Below, one piece after another: positions 25,966 to 40,897 of a DNA stretch of 64,000 nucleotides. Source of the DNA: Octopus sinensis (Eukaryota). Each line of letters begins with the position of its first letter. Within the stretch, counting starts at the first letter, position 1. The position numbers and the translations under genes were made by a program. The stretch covers positions 1 to 64,000 of the forward strand of contig NW_021832979.1 of assembly GCF_006345805.1 (NCBI RefSeq), read 5' to 3'. The notes beneath the pieces are model-generated. The model saw nothing but the letters and a program-made list of their open reading frames with translations. It was not told where the DNA came from and ran no database searches.

Positions 25966-26521
25966 TGCAAACAGGTAGGGGATTTCTATACAGTTTCTTG
26001 GTGGGATGAATTGTCCGAGTATAATCAATTGAAATTAATGAGTATTATTCTGTCATTCAACTATTTCGTACTTGGTCTACAGCTAAGTCTCCTGCCACTG
26101 GACACGGTTTGATATATCCATCTTGCGATCTTTTCTTACAGCCTTCTCACCTCAAGTCCGTAGTAGCGGGACTGGGATCTCCGAGTTACGCACCATGTGG
26201 AAAAATTTCCTGTCTCCGAGCTACGTATCATTTGGAAAAACATTACTCCAGAGACCTTTTCGGCTGTTTGTACCTGTAATTTCTGAAGATGTGCGGTCTC
26301 GTGATCACACACGATCGCAAGTTTCGATTTGGAGCTCTGGACCGGTCACTGTTTTGTGTTCTTGAGCAAACCAATTCCTTCCATGTCGATCCTGTCTACT
26401 CAGTTTGAAATGAATAATCCTGCAGCGGACTGGCGTTATGTTTGTGACTTATTCGCCACGTACATCGCGCAAGCGGCACTATGAGCTCTGGGATTCGGGA
26501 CAATACTTATGTGCAAAATAT

Positions 26522-26715
26522 TTTTACGGGGCAGAGATACATGCTCTCATTCAAAGGTGGAACATTGCTATTAAGAGACACGGTGACTATGTTGAGAAGT
26601 AGGGATGTGATCCACAGCGGACCAGCTTCATTTTGATGTATGGTACACGTTCCTGTGCTGGTAATTATTATCTGCCCTAAACAAAATGGCATTACTTTTT
26701 TGAATAACCCTCGTA
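26522..26715 (+). mobile_element. Mariner transposon 3' end with terminal inverted repeat
   Basis: FYGAEIHALIQRWNIAIKRHGDYVEK* (26522-26602); end ...actttttt gaataaccctcg followed by TA. Confidence 0.8.
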
Positions 26716-27669
26716 TTTAAACTACATGTTCGACATTTATGCAAGATTCTCATCCTCACTTTCATTTCCTAAATCTAAGTCAACCAGCTTAGGAATTACT
26801 GCGCTACGAATGACTCTTTCCTTTGCTATTGAAAGCAAATAATTCCAATCTATATCGTATTTGCCATTCTTACAGAAATTTACTTGTCCTTTCACTTCCA
26901 CAAGCATGTATACGCTCGGTATACAATCTCAATTAGAATCCTTCCTTTTAAACCCACACCGACATTACTGCTTCTAAATATAAATCAATTTATTGATAAT
27001 GTATCTGGTTATTACTATTTGATTACCTTACTAAGACACATATAATTTCTATGCACTATCATGCAAAATATCAATTCTAATTTACAACTTTTTTTTCCCT
27101 TCCTGCTTGTCGATAGCAACTTCCCTAATATACTATACAAAGCCATATTAGTGCTCTTTTCATCTGTATTAATATTATCTTATAAACCAAACAGTAATTG
27201 TGGAGCAGTTCAATATCTCCATTGACTATCGACCATGTATATTAACTCTGTTAATACTCACAAATCGATATAATTGTTCTTTCTACCGCAAATAAATGAA
27301 CACTATCTCGTAATATTACAGAAATATAGAACACTATAATTAATCTATTAGTACGAATACATAATTATATCCATCTAACTTTAATCATTTATCATAACAT
27401 ACTCGATTTCAATCTCTATTATTCTCCCCTACCACCACCACCTCTTTTAGTTTATCTACTTTCATTCTCATTCTTTTCGCCCATTTTGTTTTTTCCCTTT
27501 TATTTGTTAAATGGAAAAATTTTATAAAATTTTTCGTAAAATGTTTTCTTTGTTCCGTAATTTTTTGTTTGGTTTTTGTTTTTACATTATTTGAAATTTA
27601 ATATAATATTTTATCATTTGTTTGGGTTATGTATTTTCATTATGGTCTCTTTAAAAATATGCATTGGAA

Positions 27670-28070
27670 TGGCAGAACATATGTATGTATGTATGTATGT
27701 ATGTCTGTATGTATGTATGTATGTATGTATGTATGTATGTATGTATGTATGTATGTATGCATATGTATGTATGTATGTGTGTATGAATGTATGGATGCAT
27801 GTACGTATGTATGCATGTATGTACGTATATGTGTGTGTATGTATGCATGCATCTATTTATGTATGTATGTATTTATGTATGTATATTGATATGTATATAT
27901 GTACGCACGTATGTACGTATGTATGTAGGTTTGTATGTTTGAATGTATGGTTGCATGTATGCATATGTATACATCTATGTGTATGTATATATGTGTATAT
28001 ATATGTATATTTATATGTACGCTTGTATGTATGTTTACTTGTATGTATGTAGGTATGTATGTGTACAACA
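27670..28070 (+). repeat. (TATG)n microsatellite
   Basis: Direct reading. Confidence 0.9.
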
Positions 28071-28222
28071 TATTCAAATCGAAGCCTTGAAGCTATGTAA
28101 CTTAGTACCTTTTTATACGCATAAACACACTTGTGTACAAATGTATTCACTCGTGTATACGTGGAACCCCAGTTTTTTTCAATTAAAATTATGTATGAAA
28201 CTGCCATTTATACACAAGTAAA

Positions 28223-28267
<45 letters not shown>

Positions 28268-28639
28268 CATGTACTAGAATTCAAGTCGTTGCTAAGTAAG
28301 CCTACTTCCTAAACTCAATAAACCATGCGAATATTCCAAGAATCCGATTTCCTGTATGAGAATTTGTTTTGAGGGAATAAAATATCCCGCCAAACTGAAC
28401 TTACTTCCCAGTGGAATCAGCTCTAAATCCAGCGGCACAACCAATGTTGAGACAGTCAGAAACCAACTGCATATCAGGTTATTTATTTTTTTGTACGAGT
28501 TTACTCTCTCCTAGAAGGAATTTTTAACGAGAAGTAGGTGTCCTTCACACCCAGTGGCTCCCATGCGAGTTAAACATAGCTGGCAGCCTGATAAATGTTA
28601 TCACTTTGGGTCAGAGTATACCTGGTGACAAAATTGGTT

Positions 28640-29290
28640 AAACCACGGCTTCTAGACGACTTTGGAATCTCCTGCAACTCATCTGAACGGTCACTTTGCT
28701 TAAGTTGGGGAATGCTTTCATAATCCTTGCCTTCAGTTACAAGGAATCTTTTTTGGTCTGTCGCTCAACTGCTCCCACACAAGGTCGTTGCAGTCTGGGG
28801 AGTTACGTGGCTAGATGTCAGGGGTGATGTAGTCGCAGAAATTGTCTGACAACCATGACTGCATTTTCCTGCTTATGTGACATGGGGAAGGGTCCTGTTG
28901 CCAGGGTCTTCTAGCAAGGACTTCTAGCAGCCATCCTCTTTACCCGGGGCAGCATTACCTCCTCGTTGAACTTGATGTAGGCCTTCATCTTGAGTCTGAG
29001 ACCAGGTGATTACTCCAAACACCATGATGTTGATTTAATGTTTGATTTTTATCACTCTTGGTACATATCCTGAGATTGCATTGTCCTCAGATTGACACCC
29101 AAACACTCTGAAATGTTCGTATTGGAGAGTTCGAGCGAATGCCAAGTAGTACGGCATGTCATTTCCAAATTTCTGGCAGAATGAACTGCGTCAGGGCGTT
29201 ATTTTTCACACAGACGGTGCCCGACTGACCCTACAATAGCGTGTAATCAACAAAATCAAAAACAAGCAATGCGCATGTGCGAAATAAAAA
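28640..29290 (-). mobile_element. Degraded, internally deleted Tc1/mariner DD37D (maT-type) transposase relic
   Basis: Minus strand LPEIWK*HAVLLGIRS (N-term), IMVFGVIT, QQDPSPCHISRKMQSWLSDNFCDYITPDI*PRNSPDCNDL (37-residue spacing, last D lost to a deletion), CRRFQSRLEAVV. Confidence 0.8.
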
Positions 29291-29423
29291 ATGACAATTT
29301 ACCCATCGCACTCTGTATATGTGCGCTTATATACATACACAAAACTCTGTGTGCCTATATATATAATATATATATATAAGTATACATACATACGTGTGTG
29401 TATGTATATATATATACATACAT

Positions 29424-29466
<43 letters not shown>

Positions 29467-30070
29467 ATGTGTGTGTGTGAGTGTGTGTGTAATATATGTA
29501 TAGTAAATACATATTTCATTATTATCTATCAACCTATATGCGTGTATATATACGCGAGTACGCATATGGTTTGATAGATAATAATATAATATCAATATTT
29601 ATAATGTAATTACATTAATAACCTATAATGACTCTATATCCCTTCCAGCTATTCACTCTAAATTATAATTCTTGAATCTAAATGATTTTATTTTGAAAAT
29701 CTTTAATTATTACCCGCACTTTCAGGCAGGTAGATGGAGGTAGGATTTAAATATCGGACAAAATATACTTACAGTTTTTCTTCAGGCGCGTTACGTTCTA
29801 GGTTCAACTATTCTTAAGTCAATTTTTATGTTAATATTTTCCGGTTGATAAAGCGGTGAGTTGGCAGAATCATTAGCACGCCGGACGAAATGCTTAGCGG
29901 TATTTCGTCTGCCGCTACGTTCTGAGTTCAAATTCTGCGCTGGTGGACTTTGCCTTTCATCCTAAGGTGCCACGCAGTGGGACTGAACACAGAAGCATGT
30001 GGCTGGTAAGCAAGCTTCTTACCACACAGCCACTCCTGCACCTATATATATATATATATATATACACACA

Positions 30071-30115
<45 letters not shown>

Positions 30116-30172
30116 TATATACATAAATATATATTACATTTATACAGACATATATATTTTTACATATACATA

Positions 30173-30202
<30 letters not shown>

Positions 30203-30209
<7 letters not shown>

Positions 30210-30504
30210 ATCACGTGACCGACCAGACCATCAGATGTAGTTAAACATCGCTGGTCACAATGCGTTCACATTGTTTTAGCCTTCGAATGACGCCACCCCG
30301 CTGGCTAAGCGAGCAGGCCGACAGAAGAAAGAATGGGAGAAAGAGTGGTGAAAGAGTACAGCAGGGATCACCACCCCCTGCCGGAGCCTCATGGAGCTTT
30401 TAGGTGTTTTCGCTCAATAAACACTCACAACGCCCGGTCTGGGAATCGAAACCGCGATCCTGCACCGCGAGTCCGCTGCCCTAACCACTAGGCCATTGCG
30501 CCTC

Positions 30505-30506
<2 letters not shown>
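30203..30506 (-). mobile_element. tRNA-derived SINE, family C
   Basis: Head ggcgcaatggcctagtggttagggcagcggactcg...ggtttcgattccc; related head at 61272-61577. Confidence 0.85.
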
Positions 30507-30546
<40 letters not shown>

Positions 30547-31156
30547 GTAGATATTTCGTCCTCGTATAGGGATATTTATCCAAGATACACTGGTTTAATG
30601 CATTAACTTTTGAAGAGATAGTTCTTCGATGAATATATTATATAGAATATCATACGATATCAAACAGTTTTATCGAGTTAGAAAGCAGAGAGATCAAATG
30701 GATACAAATTAATTTTTTTAATTAATCAACATATTAACCAACAATTGTTTCATCTCACAAATAAGATTAAAATTATAAATCATATATAAATATATAATTT
30801 TGCATTTTAAATATCCTATAAGGAAAACCATCAGGGCATTCCGAGATTGATAATGTTTACATTAGGATGCTTTCAGAATGTACAGAATGGATACACTGAA
30901 GCCGATGTAATCGACCCCAGTACACAACTGGTATTTAATTTATCGACCCCGAAAGATGAAAGATGCACATGTTGATAAATAGAATGATGCATATATGTAA
31001 ATATGGTTTTGCTGTAATGTATGTTTATAAATGTATATTTATGAGAATATATATGCATATCTATACATCTTTAAATGTATGTTTTGTGTCTGTGTCTAAC
31101 TTTTTTCTCTCTTCCAGTCTGTTTATCTATCTATCAATCAATCAATCAATCAATCA

Positions 31157-31242
<86 letters not shown>

Positions 31243-31378
31243 AGATGCTTGTATGTATGTATTTATCTATCTATCCGTCCATCAATTCATCTATCTATCT
31301 CTTTCTTTCTTCCTCTCTTCCACTTTTCTCTCCATGTGTGCGTAATATATATATATATATATATATATATATCTATAT

Positions 31379-31431
<53 letters not shown>

Positions 31432-32102
31432 TATATATATGTAGAGAGAGAGAGAGAGACGTACATAGATATAGACACACAGAGAACAGAGCATACACTT
31501 CTAAACATACACATGCATACACACTTTTATTTATTCGTCTATGGCAAGTCGCATTCGTGTACAACTTGCCAACCCATATTTTCACATGGTAGAAAAAGTC
31601 AGTACAAAATTTTATAATCGAAATATTACATGGAAGATCAAACGACGTTGGTGAAGAATCTTTTGAAATTACGTTACATGTCTACCATTATCAATGAAGC
31701 TTCACAATTAAATGAGTCGCCATTTTGAACACAGTTATTAACAAAATAAATTACAAACATAATTAGTGAATATCCTAGCTGCCACATACATAATACATGA
31801 CTGCAAAGTATATTAAAATATCAAAGAAATCATTAGAGTAAATTTAATATAAAAAATGTCATCAAAGCAGATTTAAGGTTAAGCGCAATTTTGCTGTCTG
31901 CATCTCTCACCGTTATATCTGTCAATATTCTTTGTTTAACTCATTACCTGGTACACCCCTCCCAGTATACCTCTCTGTATCAATTTATCTTTTAGTCTAA
32001 AATGTGTACAGACAGTTAGCGATTTAAAAAGAACTAGACTTAGAATTACGTTTCCAGGCTCCGTTTTCATACATTCAGAAGGAACATATCGCTGTCGGTG
32101 GA

Positions 32103-32153
<51 letters not shown>

Positions 32154-33044
32154 ATGTATGTATGTATGTATGTGTGTATGTATGTATGTATGTATGTATG
32201 TATGTATGTATATATGTTTGTCATTATTCAGTTTTATTTCAAGGTTTCTTGCCAATAGAGAAAGTGCCAGTTTCTAACCTAGATCTTTCATTGGAATTTC
32301 ACGTACGTATGTATGTAGGTAGGTATATATGTAGCTAGGTAAGTATGTTTGTAGTAGGTATATATGTAGATTGGTAGGTAGGTAGGTAGGTAGGTAGGTA
32401 GGTAGGTAGATAGGTAGGTAGATAGGTAGGTAGGTACGTAGATAAATTTTTCTTGTTTCAGGTATAAGACTACAGCCCTGCTGGGGCCTCCTCTCGAAAT
32501 TTTTTAGTCGAATAAATCGATCCCCTTATTGAGAGAAAAGGGGTACCAAGAGATAAAGAGACAGGAATGGGAGAGAAATAGAAAGAGTGAGAGAGAGGGA
32601 TAGAGAGAGAGAGAGACAAAGAATGAGCCCAGGTAAGGGAGAGAGAGAACATAGAACAATGCCTGCGCAGATATTAATAGAGATCAAAATGAAAGAAGTG
32701 TGTCTGTGTACGTGTGCATGTGTGTATATGTGTGCATACTTCTGTGTTTGTGTGGGCGTGGAGGGTATTTTTGCGTTTCACGACTTCGTCTGTTGAGAGT
32801 GTAACTCAATAGATATACACACTGACACAGAAAGTTACGATTTAAATTTATCCTCTAGGAAGAAGTTGGGAGCTATTCGTGTGTGAGGTGTAATATTGTT
32901 TTCCATACATCTCTGGAAATGTTAAGCAAAGTGTCTTTTCGTGGGGTCAGAAGGGATATGATGTAATGTACCCTGGTATTTATTATTATATGACAATTAT
33001 CGTAAGTGCATAGTTTGCATTGGCGTGTACCATTTATGTAAACT

Positions 33045-34500
33045 CTTAGCTCTTAGATCCTCGAGAGCTGTGATCAAAACGTGCAACGAGCCTTCTCCAG
33101 ACGTCTCGATTGCTCGCCTCATTCCTGGTTCCACTCGAACCAAATTCCATTGGTATCATGCCATCCCGTAACGAACTGCGCCACGTCTAACTTCCTCTCT
33201 TCCTCGATCTATGTCCTCTTCTCGGTGTCTACTCCATCACGATGACAACATGTCAGGCCCGCACTGATCGGAGCACATGACCTGTGAACCGTATCCGACA
33301 TTCAGTCGCCATGTCCAGTAAACTTCCTATGCAGGTTTTTCTCTTCATCTCGTCGTTTCTCACTATCTCCCAGTATGAGACGCTCAACATTGAACTCATG
33401 AACACAAATGATGACATACGTCGCGGAATCGATAAATTTTCGCTATTCTTTCAAGCTTCGCATGCGTAGGTGGCTTTTAGTGTAATAAGGTAAAAAGAGT
33501 AAAGACCCCCTTTGGTCATGAATGACCATGGAATTGCATCTAGAATGTTACCCTTCGAGTCACAAGTGCTGGCAGCGTTGTTTGTCGAAGACCACCTGTC
33601 ACTCATGCATTGGTCTCTCCTCTCAACACCACCGATGTTATCCAAGGGGAAGGCAAAGCTTGTCACCATTGATATCGGAACTAATTTCTACAACTGAGTG
33701 AACTGGAACAACGTGAAATAAAGTGTCTTGCTCAAGAACACAACACAGCCCGGTTCGGAAATCTAACTCACTGCTTCATGATTGTGAGCGCGACGCTCTA
33801 ACCACTGAGCCATGCGCCTTCACATGACGAGTATACCTGCAGTTTCGTATTTCTCTTGATGGTCTTTGATCTCCATACTGGGTGAAATCTTTGGAATATC
33901 AACATTGCCTCATCTATCTTGGCTTGGACTTCAAATTCTGCATCCTCGTCCTTGGAAGTGCAGCTTCTAAGACATGTAAACTTATCGACATCGTCAATGT
34001 CGTATTGTCTGAGATTGACAAATTATGTTCGGGCTCCAGGTTTTGACATGGTATTGTTTTCTTTTTCCTTTCTGTTTTGCCTTCAGCGCTAATCCCGCAG
34101 AAATGCTTTCGCCACAAAACTATTTAAGCTATCTGTCATGGCCTGAAGATTCTGTCTTTCAGATCTTACTAACGCCTATTTCGTATGCGAGATCTAAATT
34201 TGTCAGTTTGGCCGGTCCCAAGTTATTCCGAAATTGTTGCTATTCAATGCTTTCCGCATAATAAGATCAATCACTATCAAGAACAGAAACGGCAACAAGA
34301 GGCAACCCTGTCTCAGCCCGGATACAATTTCTAACGTATTTGCGATTCAGCTGCTCGTCTTCATGTAATGCTGCGAGTTCTTATAAAGAAACTTAATGAT
34401 GTTCATACATCGTCAGGGTATTGGTATTTTTTTTTTAATAATGATTCATGATAGACTGTTGGTGAGTGATGAATTGGTTTTAAAGCAGCTATAGGCAGCT
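33045..34500 (-). mobile_element. Degraded RTE-clade LINE (RT to C-terminus) interrupted by a SINE
   Basis: Minus strand SGLRQGCLLLPFLFLIVIDLIM, DKFTCLRS..KIDEAMLIFQRFHPVWRSKTIKRNTKLQVYSS, TYACEA, RIRFTGHVLR, NRDVWRRLVA. Confidence 0.8.
33489..33823 (-). mobile_element. SINE family D nested in the RTE relic
   Basis: Head gtgaaggcgcatggctcagtggttagagcg; homologous to 10905-11235. Confidence 0.85.
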
Positions 34501-34708
34501 TTTAATGGAACCCAGCATTAAATGTGTTAACATGTTAACACTAAGTACACAACATATATTCTATTATACATTTATGCATGTTCGTCAAAAATATGTACGC
34601 ATATAAATATATATATATATGTATATCATAAAAACACGTCTGAGTATGTATATATATATATATATGAGTGTATATGTATGTTTATATCTGTGTATATATA
34701 CATATGTA

Positions 34709-34759
<51 letters not shown>

Positions 34760-34784
34760 CTATATATATTATATATATATATAT

Positions 34785-34851
<67 letters not shown>

Positions 34852-34994
34852 CATATATATGTATATATATATGTAGATATACATTCGTATATACATTAGT
34901 GAATGAACCAACATATTTGTTTACATATTATTGCCAGTGAATAATTTCAGATCAATAACTTGGTTGGATTTATCACCAGATGAAAAAAAAAACA

Positions 34995-35039
34995 AGCCGT
35001 CGTCGTCGTCGCCATCATCATCATCATCATCATCATCAT

Positions 35040-35085
<46 letters not shown>

Positions 35086-35100
35086 CCATCATCATCACCA
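34995..35100 (+). repeat. (CAT)n repeat
   Basis: Direct reading. Confidence 0.9.
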
Positions 35101-35279
35101 CTATATTTATTATAAGCACCAACGTAAAGACACAAGAGCAAGCAAAAAATATAGTAGCTTATCAATATGTGTTTAAGTATGTATGTATGTGTGCGTGTAA
35201 TATATATATAATATATATATATATATCTATATATATATAATATATATATATATAAATACATACATAATATACACACACA

Positions 35280-35343
<64 letters not shown>

Positions 35344-35583
35344 TATACATATATGCATATTTATATACATCTATATATATATATACATATACATACATAC
35401 ATATATATGTATATATATACACACACAGATGGAGAGAGAGGAGAGATGTGTTTTTCTATACATACATACGGACATATATGTCTCTCTTTCTCCCTCTCTT
35501 TCTCTCCCTATATATATACATATTTACATATACATACGTGTATATATATATATATATATATATTATATTATATACATTTACTT

Positions 35584-35633
<50 letters not shown>

Positions 35634-36315
35634 TTATTTATATCAATACACACACACCACACCATACATGTATATACTCTCCAGACATTTTGTATCATTC
35701 CTTATCATAGTCATTTGATATATTTTTTCTTCTCTATTCCTTCTATCTCTCCAACATTTCCCTCTTCATTTATTTTATTTAATTTTTTTCAAAAAATACA
35801 ATTTACAGACTTTTACTTGAAGTCTTTTTCTGTTTGTTCTTCAATTTTTCTTTATGTTGTTCTTTCATTTTTCTTCAACTCTTTCCGTCTTCTTTCTCCA
35901 CCCTCTCCCATCCTGGTACGTCTTTTTTGAAAGTCTTTTTTATTAATTTATTATTTTTTTGATTTTTTGATTTTATATTTCTTTGATAATTTCTTTTGTA
36001 ATTTTAAATATCTTTCATTGTATTTATTCTTTCGTGTCATAGTTTTGTTTCTCTTATCGTTCTTTTCGTTTATACTGAAGTTATCTACAACTTGAAACGT
36101 CAGACAAATGATAGCGTTCGTGTGAAAGGACTTGAATGTTTACACGGTCGCCAGATAAGCTAGATATGATAGCCAAATATACCTCAAATCAAGCGTATCG
36201 AATAAAACAAAGACAAATATCATTGATTCAGCTAGCACGACAGTATTTATATAATCAATTGTCCTGTATGAAATAGCAGCTAATTCGTCTTCAAGTTCTA
36301 CTTAACTGCATTCGT

Positions 36316-36875
36316 TTCTACTCTAGGCACAAGGCCTGAAATTTTGGGGGAAGGGGCCAGTCCATTAGATCGATACCAGTACGTAACTGGTACTTAATTT
36401 ATCGACCCCGAAACGATGAAAGGCAAAGTGGACCTCGGTGGAATTTGAACTCAGACGAAATACCTATTTCTTTACTGCCCACAAAGGGCTAAACACAGAG
36501 GGAACAAACAAGGACAGACAAATGGATTAAGTCAATTTTATCGACCCCAGTGCGTCACTGGTACTTAATTTATCGACCCCCCTAAAGGATGAAAGGCAAA
36601 GTCGACCTCGGCGGAATTTGAACTCAGAACGTAGCGACATGCGAAATACCTATTTCTTTACTGCTCACAATGGGCTAAACACAGAGAGGACAAACAAGGA
36701 CAGACAAACTAATTATATCGACCTCAGTGCGTAACTGGTACTTAATTTATCGACCCCCTAAAGGATGAAAGGCAAAGTCGACCTCAGCGGAATTTGAACT
36801 CAGAACGTAGCGGCAGACGAAATAACGCTAAGCATTTCGCCCAGCGTGCTAACATTTCTGCCAGCTCACCGCCTT
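36316..36875 (-). mobile_element. Trimeric SINE family A
   Basis: One head plus three core units; possible degenerate TSD (ctacttaactgca / ctacgtaactgta). Confidence 0.85.
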
Positions 36876-37763
36876 CCTACGTAACTGTAATAAGTAAGGA
36901 ATAATTCACTGAACAAAGGTGTGAGCTTCAGCATCGCGTGTTCTCTTTCTAGAAATAGTAGCTACATATACCACTTAGTGGTATATGGGCCTCAGCAATA
37001 TTGATGGGAGTCTCTCGTAGTGCGCGAAAGACTGTCCTGCAATCGTTTCCTGATCAACCATCACAAATGGCCAAATGTTTGTACAGTACATAATAAGCTC
37101 ACTTTTTCCTTATAATCGACGTTGCCTAAACGGGGGCACAATGTGCCACGCGTCAGGTGTTAAAGGAATCGCTGAGTAACGAGAAGAGGAAGTGTTTTGC
37201 TGAAGAGTACAACGCATCACCCAGACCAGAAACTGAAACCACGATATCGCCATCTTCATTGCAACACCGTAACTATTAAGCCATGCGCCCTCACAATGGA
37301 CTTCAATACTTAACTGGTAGTCCTCATCCGTTTTAACATCACCAACTTTCATTTTGGATACATTTAGCGGATACCTTAAAGCATAAATTTGCTAGATAAG
37401 AGCGGACCTAAGGATAAATATCCATTTCAGGTTTTCTCACAAGTCCATCAATTTTTGGGGTTGGAAGCTACTCAATTTCATCGACGCCAGTACTTAACGG
37501 TTATTCTATCGACCCTTTCGGGATCTACCTCAGCGGAATTTGAACTCATAGTCAGAGCGAAATTTGAATTTGGAACGTAAAGACGGACGAAATGCAGTAA
37601 GCCATTTTGTCCGGTGGGCTAAAGAGTACTAGGCTTACGAAGAATAAGTCCAGGGGTCGATTTTCTCGACTAAAAGCGGTGCTGCAACATGGCCGCACTC
37701 AAATGACTGAAACAAACAAAAGAATAAAAGAATGCATTTGACTTTATATAAATATATAATATA

Positions 37764-37856
<93 letters not shown>

Positions 37857-37860
<4 letters not shown>

Positions 37861-38617
37861 TATATATAAGGGCTTAGTAAAATAAATTACTTTGCCACAT
37901 ACTGAACTCATTAGAAATAGCAGCTAAAGAAATTTCTTCAGCTATTTCTAATACTTAAAGAAGATCTCTCTCAGATAGTGTTTGCCTAAACTAACTCACA
38001 AAAGTATGGGGGAAAAAACATTAAAAAATCAAGTGCAAAGGTTTTTTGAGAACGTACGTTTCTAGATTAGTCAATTCGACATTTCTTTCTTCAGCTCAGA
38101 ATTCCTTGAATCGGATTTGGGAACACTGAAAGTCGGGAGCATACCCTTTCGGCTTCTAATCACCTCTAGAATTCTGCTCGAACTAAAAGTGCTATCAAAT
38201 TCGAATATGCAAGCGAAGAATTTCTGCTCTCCCCTTTCCACCAGCGTGGGTTAAAATTGACAAACACCATGTATTAACGGTGAAAACCGCAGCATTAGCA
38301 GAGAAAGATGAATTATAATTTCAACAATTGAGGGTAAAATTAATTAATTATTAATCAATTTCACCAAGTATTCAGTATGTGAAGGGACCATTATAGGCGA
38401 ATTCAAATATTACATTATATATAAGGGCTTAGTAAAATAAATTACTTTGCCACATACTGAACTCATTAGAAATAGCAGCTAAAGAAATTTCTTCAGCTAT
38501 TTCTAATACTTAAAGAAGATCTCTCTCAGATAGTGTTTGCCTAAACTAACTCACAAAAGTATGGGGGAAAAAACATTAAAAAATCAAGTGCAAAGGTTAT
38601 TTGAGAACGTACGTTTC
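37857..38617 (-). mobile_element. Non-coding 555-bp tandem repeat (~1.4 units) with hammerhead motif; retrozyme-like
   Basis: Unit repeats at 37857 and 38412; minus strand UGAG-CUGAAGA...GAAAC-GUAC-GUU-CUCA at 38047-38098; (TA)n on both sides. Confidence 0.75.
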
Positions 38618-39325
38618 TATATATATATATACACACACACATACATGTGTGTGTCTGTGGGTATGTATTGTCCGTGCATGTGTATGTGTGTATGTGTGTG
38701 CGTGTTACTGTATCTGTGTTTGTTACCACCACTGCTTGAGAACTTGCAAAGGAGTGCTTATATGTCCGCAACTTAGTGGTTCGGCAAAAAGACCCGATGA
38801 AAGAAGAACCCGGCTAAAATCTTGGGTCATTTCAATCAATTAAAAATTCTTGAAACCAGTACCCCAGCTTGGCCGCAGAACGAAACGATAGAAAAGACGA
38901 AAAGTCAACATAGACGGCTATATATATGCCTCTGCCATGTCGACTGTATGTGCCTCACCGCGCATGTCTCCCTCACAGCAACTATGCTCCGTTTATCACT
39001 GTATCGCTTTCTCAGCCACGGCTTTTCTAACGCCGCCTTTCAACCACTGTTTGTTTCTTTTTGTCGCTCACTCATACTCTTTCTCCTTCTCTCTCTCTCT
39101 CTTGCTGTTTCCCTCACTCTTTCGCGCTTTCTTTATCACTCACACTAACACGCTACCCTCTCTCTTTCCGCACCTCTCACGCTTTTACACATCATTATAC
39201 CGCGGTGTCGCTGCTTGATCCTAAATCAATGATACCACGATATGGACACTGATTTCTCATGTAGTATTATATTATACGTATGTGTGTGTGTATACATGTA
39301 CATGTATATATATATATATAATATA

Positions 39326-39370
<45 letters not shown>

Positions 39371-40058
39371 AATATATATATATATATATATGGTTATAGA
39401 ATTAAACACACACACATATATATATATGCATGTATGTGTATGTATGTATGTATGTATGTATGTGTGTGTGTTTGGTAGTTGTGAAAGGGTTCTTCGATGG
39501 CTATAAATATCAGATCAATAAAACAGTGCTCTGCTAACTTTTTTTGTTTTGTTTTATTACTTTCTTTTGTTTATCGATTTACCTGATCACGACGAAACCT
39601 ATAGCCGTTCCATATAGCGTTGACTTTCTCTTTCTCTCCCTCTCCTCCTCACTCTCTCTATATACATATACACATATATACATATACACATATCTATTCT
39701 TATATATATATATGTATATATACACACAAACATGCAACCCTGTATATATATAATATATATATATATATATATGAATATATATACACACATAATTATATAT
39801 ATATATTATATATATATAAAAAAAATATATATATATATAATATATATAATATATATATATATTATATATATATATGAATATATATAATATATATAATATA
39901 TATATATATATTATATATATTATATATATATATATAAATTATATATTATTTTTTATATATATATAAATATATTTAAATATATATATAAACACACACACAC
40001 GCACATACGTGCATTGTGCGCATATGTATCGGCGTGTGCGTATAAGTGGGCGTGCCTG

Positions 40059-40098
<40 letters not shown>

Positions 40099-40681
40099 TG
40101 TGTGTTGTGTGTATGTGTCTTTATGTTCGTACTAAGGATGATTGGACGTGTGTGTAGTTGTATAAATACAGCTTCACGCATGATTACGTTTCCAAATAAA
40201 TACACTGAAACAGACACCGATACTTACACGCAGACACACAGACAGACAGACAGGCCGGTACACATACGTGTGTGCATATATACATACATACATAGACACA
40301 CACACGCGCACACACACACATATATATATAAGCATATATATATATATATGTATATATGTATATATGTATGCATGTAGATATTAATAAATATATATATGTA
40401 TATTTATCGACATATAGGTATATGAGCTTGTGTATGTATAGGTGTCTGTGCGTGTGTGTGTGTGTGTATGTATTGCTACTATAAAATTTGCCCGTGTATC
40501 TTTATGAAATCACGAAGGATACATATACACACCATATACAAACACAATAAAACACAGGCACACACACACACACAAGCATACTTCTATTCACATACATTGA
40601 TTCCTATAAACTTATTCGTGTATTGTGTATGTGTCGTATCTCTATCAATACCTATATCTATATATATAAATACATACATAT

Positions 40682-40716
<35 letters not shown>

Positions 40717-40858
40717 CTATATATATATAATATAATACATATATATTATAATATATATACACTATATATATATATACATATATATACATACATAGAAAAA
40801 TGACACTAGTATACATCACACACACTCCTTGAATTTATATACATACATTCTTAATATA

Positions 40859-40897
<39 letters not shown>

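Noticed and set aside
30440-30506. tRNA-like sequences at SINE heads (also ~10760-10813, 11170-11235, 33760-33823, 61510-61577)
   Set aside because: Each continues into a SINE body and lacks a complete cloverleaf; these are SINE heads, not tRNA genes.
36075-36105. ctgaagttatctacaacttgaaacgtcag hammerhead-like string
   Set aside because: The core lacks the GA of CUGANGA and there is no convincing stem I.
36965-36987. Perfect 10-bp hairpin catataccac-tta-gtggtatatg
   Set aside because: Short enough to occur by chance in 64 kb; no supporting context.
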